From a virus (taxonomy: Duplodnaviria; Caudoviricetes), in IMG/VR virus record IMGVR_UViG_3300017909_002134, positions 1 to 24,452 of that record: a stretch of 24,452 bases of DNA; one strand, written 5' to 3'. Under the pieces are notes generated by a model. It was not told the origin of the DNA. It worked only from the letters and a program-made list of their open reading frames with translations, and made no database searches. The translations under genes were made by a program, and so were the position numbers. This document shows positions 17,802-24,452 of the stretch, piece after piece. The stretch's first letter is position 1; every line of letters starts with the position of its first letter.

Positions 17802-18959
17802 ATGCAAGATACAAAAACAACCAGTTTGTGCCATATATGTTATAGGCACTGTGAAGCAGAAAGAATCACAAAGGCAGACGGAGTGCATTTAATTAAACAC
17901 TGTCCTGAGCACGGCTCTAGTGATTATCTTGTGGAGCCTGATATAAATTTCTACAATAATCTTGTGTATGACAAAGCAGGATATTCTATACCACAAGGCA
18001 TAATGATTGAAGTTACAGATAAATGTAATCTAAATTGTCCGCATTGTTACCATAAACCAGATAACAAAACAGTTGATAAACCCATAGAACAAATATTGTG
18101 GCAAATAGAAAACAGGTTTAATGCTGACGCTGGTGCAGTAATTTTAGCAGGAGCAGAACCAACAGTAAGAAAAGATTTGCCGGAACTAATCAAACAAATC
18201 AAACAATTACTTAAAAAATTAGGAAGACCAGAAGATGTGTGTATTCTTACAAATGGTGTAAAACTTTCTGATAGAAAATGGGTAAAAGAAATTGCTGAAG
18301 CAGGAACAAACATGGTTATGATAGGAATGAATCATCACTCTTATCAAGGTATGAAAGTGCATGAAAAACAATTAAAAGGTATTGATAATTGTATTGCTGA
18401 AGGTATATTTGTTTATTATGTTGGTTACACACTAGAACACGTGGATCATATGGAAGAAGTATTAGAAGAAATACAGGCTTTAGGTAATCGTGCTTGGCAA
18501 TACAGAATTAGAGCAGGTTCAGATATTGGCAGATCACCAGACGAACCGCAATTCTTTTTAAGCAGACACGTTGCTAAGATAAAAGAAATTTGTGATCGCA
18601 AAGGTTGGACTTGGGAAAAGAAACCTGCTGATGATAATCTATATCATTACATGGTAAACATAAATGGTATCACACATAGAATTATACAATGGAGTGATCC
18701 TAAAACAATAGACCTAGAACAATTACAGTGTGGTCCATGGTGCGATTTTGTTCCTGGTAAACCTGTAACTAATTTTCTACATCAAATAATGTTGCGTGAT
18801 GCTGTTGTCAACGAAGGCAAAATATTATATGACACAGTGCCACCTAAGTATCTCTTCCAACCAGAAAATGTTGATTACGATGTTACAGAATGGACTTGGA
18901 AAAGTTGGGACGAATCAAGAGACAAACAATCTAAATTAATCAGCGACGTTGTAAGTTAG
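17802..18959 (+). CDS. Radical SAM protein with N-terminal metal-binding ribbon (MJ0619/Tes-like architecture)
   Basis: TTSLCHIC...LIKHCPEHG at the N-terminus, then IEVTDKCNLNCPHCY, LAGAEPT, LTNG. Confidence 0.85.
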   Translation: MQDTKTTSLCHICYRHCEAERITKADGVHLIKHCPEHGSSDYLVEPDINFYNNLVYDKAGYSIPQGIMIEVTDKCNLNCPHCYHKPDNKTVDKPIEQILWQIENRFNADAGAVILAGAEPTVRKDLPELIKQIKQLLKKLGRPEDVCILTNGVKLSDRKWVKEIAEAGTNMVMIGMNHHSYQGMKVHEKQLKGIDNCIAEGIFVYYVGYTLEHVDHMEEVLEEIQALGNRAWQYRIRAGSDIGRSPDEPQFFLSRHVAKIKEICDRKGWTWEKKPADDNLYHYMVNINGITHRIIQWSDPKTIDLEQLQCGPWCDFVPGKPVTNFLHQIMLRDAVVNEGKILYDTVPPKYLFQPENVDYDVTEWTWKSWDESRDKQSKLISDVVS

Positions 18960-19400
18960 ACTTATCACACTAGGATTTGATAACCAAAATTCTATTGAAT
19001 TTATAATTGTGTCACTATCTTTGTATGAACTGCTTGTGAGTCTCAACAACAACATATCAGTTGTCTCATTTTTGTCAGATGCTAATTTGAAGAATTCACG
19101 TTCAAGCAGGTTCTTATTATCGGTGTATGTTTTATGTTCCATGTCAGGGTAGGTACTTACAATAGCACCACACACAATCATTTTGTCTACTTGTTTATAT
19201 AATTTTTCTAATAGAGTTAATTGTAAATTATCAGCGGTATATGTGTTGTTGATAAACAGATCACAGTTTTTAGATTGTTCTATGATTTCATCCACAGTGT
19301 TAGATGAATCGAAGCCTACAACATCTTCAAACTTATTTTTAAAATAATTGTAAAGTGATTTACCTAGACCTTTTGTGTGTCCTGTGATTCGGACTTTCAT
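18936..19400 (-). CDS. Short SDR-like Rossmann-fold protein
   Basis: MKVRITGHTKGLG (TGxxxGxG), DLFINN, and YxxxK (YTDNK). Only 154 aa. Confidence 0.7.
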   Translation of the reverse strand: MKVRITGHTKGLGKSLYNYFKNKFEDVVGFDSSNTVDEIIEQSKNCDLFINNTYTADNLQLTLLEKLYKQVDKMIVCGAIVSTYPDMEHKTYTDNKNLLEREFFKLASDKNETTDMLLLRLTSSSYKDSDTIINSIEFWLSNPSVISLTYNVAD

Positions 19401-19404
19401 TGAA

Positions 19405-20556
19405 TTAGATTAAATTCGCCCAGGCTCCGTTTTCGTATCCTTGGAATTTGTTTGTTGTTGTGTTGTAAACAATCATACCGTTTGCGGCTGTTAAGGCATT
19501 AATTGCTGTTTGGTCCATGTTACCTAACAGTAATTCATTTACTACTTGAGCATTACCATTTACCACAAGTTTTTTGCTTGGAGTGATTGTGTTAATACCG
19601 AAGTTACCATCTTTGTTTACAACAACTGAATAAGTTGTTACACCATTGTCAGGTGTAACTGCAAGTGTGATGTTTCCTGGAACAGCACCAGCACCTACAG
19701 TGGCTTGTGAGTCAACACCCGCCGCTATAAAACTTGATTGTACATATTGTGATCCATCATAACCATAGTGTGTGTAACCAAACAATAAATCATCTGCTAC
19801 ACTTACAGTTGGAGTTACAATTGAACCTCTTGATGAATATGCTTCAATAGAGTTGAAAGTGTTTGGGTTACCATCATCTGAATACAATCTCAATGCATTT
19901 CTGGCTGTGTGGTCAGTATTGAATATTTCAAAACCAACACCACTTGCTGAATTGTTTGTACCAATTTTTATTGCACTTCCAGTCTGTAGTGTGATTGTAT
20001 CACCGTCTAAATCTAAGACACTGTTTGTAATTCTGTCTGAAGCACCGTCAATTCTTAATGAGTTATCATCTGCATTCACAGTACCTTTATGTGTACCAAT
20101 TGAAGTACCTGTAATTGTTTTTGCTGTGTGATCAATTATTGTTGAGTTGTCACTTGCTTTTGTATCACCAGTTAGTGTACCAGTTACGTTTGCTGTAACT
20201 GTGCCTGCGTTTGCATTCACAACTACTGTTGAACTGTCTGAAACTATGTTACCGTTAAATGAAGCCGCTTCAATTTCACCTGATGCAACAATACCATTAA
20301 AGTAACCTGTTCTCCAAGCATTGCTTGTTGAACCAATATCGTATGTGTTTGAAGCATTAGGAGTGATATTAGTTGTTAGGTTTAAGTATTGAGCCGCTAG
20401 AGTTGTATCAACCGCAACACCACCTGCTGTAGAACCATCTCCTACGTATAGTTTTTTAGTATCTGTAGTGTAAAGTAATTCACCCGCCAAAGGTGCACTA
20501 GCGCCTGATAATGCTAGTCTTTCTGCGTCTGTTCCTCGTCTAACTTGTAGTGCCAT
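19405..20556 (-). CDS. Phage virion fibre / tail-associated structural protein (Mtd N-terminal-like domain)
   Basis: N-terminus MALQVRRGT...PLAGELLYTTDTKKLYVGDG; also PNASNTYDIGSTSNAW, GNFGINTITPSKKLVVNG and GMIVYNTTTNKFQGY. Rich in Thr/Ser/Gly/Asn. AGGAG RBS at 20566-20570. Confidence 0.8.
   Translation of the reverse strand: MALQVRRGTDAERLALSGASAPLAGELLYTTDTKKLYVGDGSTAGGVAVDTTLAAQYLNLTTNITPNASNTYDIGSTSNAWRTGYFNGIVASGEIEAASFNGNIVSDSSTVVVNANAGTVTANVTGTLTGDTKASDNSTIIDHTAKTITGTSIGTHKGTVNADDNSLRIDGASDRITNSVLDLDGDTITLQTGSAIKIGTNNSASGVGFEIFNTDHTARNALRLYSDDGNPNTFNSIEAYSSRGSIVTPTVSVADDLLFGYTHYGYDGSQYVQSSFIAAGVDSQATVGAGAVPGNITLAVTPDNGVTTYSVVVNKDGNFGINTITPSKKLVVNGNAQVVNELLLGNMDQTAINALTAANGMIVYNTTTNKFQGYENGAWANLI
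20026..20253 (-). repeat. Three degenerate protein-level repeats with 28-aa period in the fibre gene
   Basis: GNIVSDSSTVVVNANAGTVT / GDTKASDNSTIIDHTAKTIT / GTVNADDNSLRIDGASDRIT, starting at residues 102, 130 and 158. Confidence 0.6.
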
Positions 20557-20586
20557 TATGTGTTACTCCTAACGTGTAATATGTAG

Positions 20587-20593
20587 TATTTAT
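20587..20593 (-). promoter_or_regulatory. Late promoter-like motif (ATAAATA) of the fibre gene
   Basis: Intergenic, upstream of the AGGAG RBS of a structural gene. A TAAGTA variant lies next to it at 20596-20601. Confidence 0.65.
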
Positions 20594-20618
20594 TCTACTT
20601 ACATATTTGCTGGATAGT

Positions 20619-20948
20619 TCATTTTCGCTTTTTTAAGAAGGTTTTAGTGCGTTTTGTGATGTCTGCTTTGACCTTGTTAGTATCCAGTCTAAAATCGACG
20701 TTTTTGATAGCGTCTCCATAGGTCTTGAACAGTTCTGTAATCTGCTTTTCCAACTCTTTGTTGGTCATCTTTTGTCTGTTGTTTTTGAGTCTAATCTCCC
20801 AGTTTTTGCCGTCTTTAAATGTTACTTTAATAGACAGCAAATATTCTACAGGGATAGACTCCACATGAAGGTCGGAAAAGATCTCCGGCCAATGTGCCAC
20901 CACTTCCTTAGGCAATCTTTTTTTAGTAAACTTGACCACAACAGACAC
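20619..20948 (-). CDS. Hypothetical protein (basic, 109 aa)
   Basis: GTG start; tiles between neighbours in a run of minus-strand genes. No motif recognised. Confidence 0.7.
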   Translation of the reverse strand: MSVVVKFTKKRLPKEVVAHWPEIFSDLHVESIPVEYLLSIKVTFKDGKNWEIRLKNNRQKMTNKELEKQITELFKTYGDAIKNVDFRLDTNKVKADITKRTKTFLKKRK

Positions 20949-20954
20949 GTGTTT

Positions 20955-21512
20955 TTACTTAGACTTTTCTTTTTTTGGTGACAATGTCTCTGCTTCTTTA
21001 CGTAGTCTTGCCGCTTCTTTGTAGAAACGATCTGCTTGACTTCTCATCTGAGCCGCTAACTGTTCATCTGATAATGCTTCAGTGTTTCTAGCCGTTTGAG
21101 CAGTCGCCGTAGTTGTAGCAGTGTCTGGCTTCACAGCAAGGTCATCGATAGATACACCTTTCTGTTCTGCAATTATTTTATTCAACTCATCCAAACCAAT
21201 TGTTGTAGTTGTGTTAGGTGTCATAACCACAGAGTCAGTTGATACTTTTTGCATATTTCCATTTGTGTGGAATTTTACCAACATATTTTGACCATCTGGT
21301 GTAACACTTCTTGTTAACACTTCGTACAATTCAAATGCAGATTGTCCTGCATTGCTTTCAACCACTTTCATCATTGCGTCATGATCTTCTGGTGATAATT
21401 TAGCCGTTGAAATTACAACTGCCGAATGACTGTCGCCTGGAATTGTTCTGTAAGGCACAACAACTCTTTCGTCACTGCCTTTCATTTTTCCTACGTGTTT
21501 TAAATCAGCCAT
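20955..21512 (-). CDS. Hypothetical protein with C-terminal coiled coil
   Basis: Its ATG overlaps the upstream TAA by 1 bp; GGAG RBS; helical tail LAAQMRSQADRFYKEAARLRKEAE. Confidence 0.8.
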   Translation of the reverse strand: MADLKHVGKMKGSDERVVVPYRTIPGDSHSAVVISTAKLSPEDHDAMMKVVESNAGQSAFELYEVLTRSVTPDGQNMLVKFHTNGNMQKVSTDSVVMTPNTTTTIGLDELNKIIAEQKGVSIDDLAVKPDTATTTATAQTARNTEALSDEQLAAQMRSQADRFYKEAARLRKEAETLSPKKEKSK

Positions 21513-21808
21513 TATTTTTTCTCCGCTGTCGCCTGATCTTCAGGTTTTTTGTTTGCGTCTTTTTGAGATTTTTCAACAATCTTTAAAAAGCCGTCTAGTT
21601 TATTAAAGGTAGTTCCTACCATAGCCATTTCGTTGGCTTTGAAGGCACCTCTTTGACTTGCAACATCAATTATCGTTCTTAACACAGTCAAGTCTTGAAC
21701 AGTTAATTCTGCTCCAGCGCCAACTTGTGGTTTAGCGTCTGCAGGTGCTTGACCTGTTGCTTGTTCTGGTAATGGAGATTGCACAGTCTTTGTGTTTGTA
21801 TCTGTCAT
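21512..21808 (-). CDS. Hypothetical protein (98 aa)
   Basis: Start moved from 21838 to the ATG at 21808, with AAGGAG at 21818-21823. Helical core LTVQDLTVLRTIIDVASQRGAFKANEM with low-complexity ends. Confidence 0.8.
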   Translation of the reverse strand: MTDTNTKTVQSPLPEQATGQAPADAKPQVGAGAELTVQDLTVLRTIIDVASQRGAFKANEMAMVGTTFNKLDGFLKIVEKSQKDANKKPEDQATAEKK

Positions 21809-21841
21809 TTTAAAATGCTCCTTTATTTGTATATACAAAGA

Positions 21842-21848
21842 TACTTAT
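21842..21848 (-). promoter_or_regulatory. Late promoter-like motif (ATAAGTA)
   Basis: Immediately after the upstream stop codon and ahead of the RBS of the gene starting at 21808. Confidence 0.45.
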
Positions 21849-22135
21849 TAACGATGTATGTGAGGGCAACTAAGATTGAATAGAGATAGTTCTTTTGGAT
21901 TTTCGAATCCTACCAAAATAAAATTACGAATTCTGTTTTGGTTATCAACGGCAAGATGTTTGCCAACATAATATCTACCTTTTAGATTTTCTAATATCCA
22001 TTTTTCAATCCCTTCTAAAGATTGATCAAACATTGTGTAATCTAATTGTAAAAATTCTAATCCGTGAGGTTTCTTTTGGAACTTTCTACAGTCGTAGATG
22101 TTAAGTGGATTGGGTGTGTTGTTTTTAGGAAACAT
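21848..22135 (-). CDS. Hypothetical protein (95 aa)
   Basis: Start moved from 22252 to the ATG at 22135 (MFPKNNTPNPLN), which overlaps the end of the VWA gene by 11 bp. Confidence 0.7.
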   Translation of the reverse strand: MFPKNNTPNPLNIYDCRKFQKKPHGLEFLQLDYTMFDQSLEGIEKWILENLKGRYYVGKHLAVDNQNRIRNFILVGFENPKELSLFNLSCPHIHR

Positions 22136-23393
22136 TATCGTAATGAACAGTTGTACCAAAAGGTGCTTCCATATTTTTATCATGGTGTCCATTGATAACA
22201 AATAATGTATCACAGTATGATTCGTCTCCCCAACTATCCCAAGGATAACCATCTGTGAACATAATAAACTTCTTAGGTACTATATCATTTTCTTTCATGT
22301 ATTCATAGTTTGCATCAAAGTCAGTACCACCACCGCCTTCTATAGAGTATTGTTCTAATCCATAGTCGTTAGCAGAAAAATCTTGCTCATTATGTATTTC
22401 TGTATCAAAACACCATATTTTAATTTTATAATCTTTGTATTGTTCCATTATGCCTTGTACTTCACTTAAGAAGTCTTTAACCTGCTCATTCATAATAGAA
22501 CCTGATGTGTCAATAGCAATACACAAATCAATTGTTTCTTCATAGTTTGTACCAGGTAAAATTACACCTGTACCAAAACCTTTTCTGCTTGGTCTCGCCC
22601 AAGTATAATCATTTTTAATAACACTTTGAATCTGTTGTTGCAATAACTCTCTCCAGTTCATTTTAGGTTCTGTGAACTGATTAATAATTCTTTGTATTGC
22701 TTCAGGTAAGTTTTCATTACCAGCCGCCTGTGCAGATTGTAGCATACCTTCTTTTATTTCATTTTTAATTTGTTCCATTTCTGCTTTGCTATAAACGGGT
22801 CTACTGCCACCATCTTTCTTATCTTTATTTTTTCCTTTGCCAGCACCTGCTCCGTCTTCTTTCTCCCAATCAATGTGTTCATCTAAAAGTTTACCTAATT
22901 GCTCCATAGCCTTTTTACCTTTTTTGTAGATGTCATCATAAACTGCTTCTGAAGACCAACCACTGTATTTGTAGTCTTGGAATATTTGTACGTCTTTAGG
23001 TTTCTCACCAATGTTCTGATCCATCAATGTGTTGTTCACAATATAGTCACAAGCAATATTATGAAGTTGTGGATCTCTATCTTCTCTTCTAGTCATGTGG
23101 TCAAATACACAATGCAATATTTCATGTGCAATAACGAATTCAATTTCTTTACTAGACATCTTGCTGAAGAACTCTGTGTTGTAGTATAGGTGTCTGCCAT
23201 CAGTTGCGGCAGTTGGACACCATTCATCACATTCTTTGATTACTAATCTTGTTGCCATGTTGCCAAAGAAAGGATGTCTTAAAAGCAATCCAACTCTTGC
23301 AACAACAATCTTGTCTAAAACTTCGGGTCTCAGTCTTTCAATTTGTTCTGGTGTTAATCTTTCTATTTCTTGTTCTATTATTTGTGCGGTCAT
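22125..23393 (-). CDS. VWA-domain protein with N-terminal HExxH metallopeptidase-like domain (DUF2201-type), partner of MoxR
   Basis: TAATDG, AHEILH (HExxH), MIDAS motif IDTSGS, GGGGTDF, FTDGY. Start moved from 23450 to the ATG at 23393. Confidence 0.88.
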   Translation of the reverse strand: MTAQIIEQEIERLTPEQIERLRPEVLDKIVVARVGLLLRHPFFGNMATRLVIKECDEWCPTAATDGRHLYYNTEFFSKMSSKEIEFVIAHEILHCVFDHMTRREDRDPQLHNIACDYIVNNTLMDQNIGEKPKDVQIFQDYKYSGWSSEAVYDDIYKKGKKAMEQLGKLLDEHIDWEKEDGAGAGKGKNKDKKDGGSRPVYSKAEMEQIKNEIKEGMLQSAQAAGNENLPEAIQRIINQFTEPKMNWRELLQQQIQSVIKNDYTWARPSRKGFGTGVILPGTNYEETIDLCIAIDTSGSIMNEQVKDFLSEVQGIMEQYKDYKIKIWCFDTEIHNEQDFSANDYGLEQYSIEGGGGTDFDANYEYMKENDIVPKKFIMFTDGYPWDSWGDESYCDTLFVINGHHDKNMEAPFGTTVHYDNVS

Positions 23394-23399
23394 ATTATT

Positions 23400-23428
23400 A
23401 TTATACATTCTTTTGGTAGTTGAGTCAA
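23400..23428 (-). promoter_or_regulatory. Sigma70-type promoter TTGACT-N17-TATAAT
   Basis: -35 at 23428-23423, -10 at 23405-23400, exact 17-bp spacer, upstream A-tract. The predicted +1 coincides with the ATG at 23393. Confidence 0.8.
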
Positions 23429-23440
23429 GCATTTTTTGGT

Positions 23441-23468
23441 AATAGGGCACCTCGAAAAGTGCCCTATT
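23441..23468 (-). terminator. Stem-loop after the AAA ATPase gene (terminator-like or RNA-stabilising)
   Basis: AATAGGGCAC-TT-TTCG-AG-GTGCCCTATT: a perfect 10-bp inverted repeat, extendable to 12 bp with one G-U pair, around a UUCG loop. 10 nt after the stop codon. The U-tract is weak. Confidence 0.6.
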
Positions 23469-23478
23469 CTAAACACTA

Positions 23479-24452
23479 TTAGTTGGTGCTTTGAGCGGCA
23501 GTAATATATTTGCCGAACTTTTCGTGGAATTCATCAAAGCATTTGACCTTATCAGGATCAATCGGTAATTGATACTGAGTTAATGCCAACTTGATACCCA
23601 TAACAACAAGTTCTGTATCAAAGTTGTCCATCATAAATCTAAGGAATTTGTCTACTTTCGTATCAAACTTCTTATCTTTCTTGTCGTTTGCTTCTTTGAG
23701 TTCATAACATAATGAAACCGTAAGTGAGTACATTGCCGATATTTCTTTTGATTTCATTTCTGTTATTTTGCCATCTAGTATTTCAGATGGATTAGGTAAC
23801 TCAGATGCTACCTTTCTATGGGCCATGAACTTAACTGCAAGTCCTTCACCCACTGCACCGCTGACTAAATCAGTCACAGTGTTTTCATCAAGGTCGTCTG
23901 AAAGCAATTCGCTCACAAAAGACCAGGATCTTGGCGTAGCAAAAGAACGACTTGGTGACTTAGGATCAAAGTCATACAAATCCTTCTTGCTAAAAGTTAG
24001 ATAACCTACAACATCTTTATGGATGTTATTGTTTACTGCCCACTCTAACCAGTCATCAAATTCTGGTTTCATCTCCAAGTGGATAAATCTGTTTGCCAAC
24101 GGAGCAGGCATTCTATATACAACACCTTTGTCAGCCTCTCTATTACCTGCCGCTACAATCAATACGTTATCAGGTAATGTGTAAGTACCTACTTTTCTGT
24201 TTAAGATAAGTTGATAAGCCGCCGCCTGTACACTAGGTGCCGCAGAATTCATCTCATCTAAAAACAATACAATGTTTTTATGTTTTTTAGCCAATGCTGA
24301 TGTAGGCAATTCCGAAGGTTGTGCCCATACCATATTGTTTTCTTTTGAATTGAAATATGGAATACCTTTAATATCTGTAGGCTCCCATAAACTTAATCTA
24401 ATATCAATCACCTTTGCTTCAATGTTTTTAGCAATTTGGTGAACTACTTCTG
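23479..24452 (-). CDS. MoxR-family AAA+ ATPase, 5'-truncated by the window edge
   Basis: Walker B LFLDEMN, AAGNR, PLANRF, ATPRSW. The frame is open to the window end (EVVHQIAKNIEAKVIDIRLS), so Walker A should lie just outside. Confidence 0.9.
   Translation of the reverse strand, partial: EVVHQIAKNIEAKVIDIRLSLWEPTDIKGIPYFNSKENNMVWAQPSELPTSALAKKHKNIVLFLDEMNSAAPSVQAAAYQLILNRKVGTYTLPDNVLIVAAGNREADKGVVYRMPAPLANRFIHLEMKPEFDDWLEWAVNNNIHKDVVGYLTFSKKDLYDFDPKSPSRSFATPRSWSFVSELLSDDLDENTVTDLVSGAVGEGLAVKFMAHRKVASELPNPSEILDGKITEMKSKEISAMYSLTVSLCYELKEANDKKDKKFDTKVDKFLRFMMDNFDTELVVMGIKLALTQYQLPIDPDKVKCFDEFHEKFGKYITAAQSTN

Noticed and set aside
454-19400. RiPP cluster interpretation (SPASM radical SAMs plus a precursor peptide)
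   Set aside because: No intergenic space or credible short precursor ORF, and no RRE/PqqD, peptidase or exporter is seen in the island. A precursor outside the window cannot be excluded.
7984-23450. Longer N-termini in the supplied ORF track (starts at 7984, 11944, 12855, 17105, 21838, 22252, 23450)
   Set aside because: They overlap neighbouring genes, promoters or the hairpin. Downstream ATGs with an RBS, translational coupling or promoter support fit better.
46-24004. Many 60-140 aa ORFs antisense to, or nested in, the long genes (e.g. 46-390, 1639-2061, 10652-11050, 19853-20131, 23768-24004)
   Set aside because: They lie largely or wholly within motif-bearing genes, show no recognisable motifs, and look like shadow ORFs.
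1-24452. Alternative genetic code (stop-codon reassignment, seen in some large phages)
   Set aside because: Genes tile almost without gaps under the standard bacterial code, and TAA, TAG (6788-6790, 8043-8045) and TGA all end genes at overlaps with the next start.
1-24452. tRNA, rRNA, CRISPR array, IS element, intron or intein
   Set aside because: No intergenic gap is longer than about 85 bp, and I saw no repeat-spacer pattern, transposase, homing endonuclease or intein motif.

Overview
This AT-rich, very densely packed window looks like part of a large T4-like (myovirus/jumbo-type) bacteriophage genome. That is an inference from a virion fibre-type gene (19405-20556), TAAATA/TAAGTA late-promoter-like motifs, and a MoxR AAA ATPase + VWA/HExxH pair at the right end. 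About 19 kb (454-19400) is an unbroken island of tailoring enzymes: 7 radical SAM proteins, 5 Fe(II)/2-oxoglutarate oxygenase-like proteins, 2 GT-A glycosyltransferase-like paralogues, a class I methyltransferase, a possible GT/SAM-transferase fusion, a QueC-like PP-loop ATPase, an SGNH hydrolase, a possible GNAT, 2 degenerate kinase-fold paralogues and 2 shortened SDRs. Several transcription units in the island start just behind late-promoter-like motifs, and one SDR sits 4 bp downstream of the fibre gene. The leading hypothesis is a late-expressed phage pathway that chemically decorates virion proteins or glycans. DNA hypermodification or a small-molecule product cannot be excluded. All family calls come from motifs read by eye; no database search was run. 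No tRNA, rRNA, CRISPR array or mobile element was seen.
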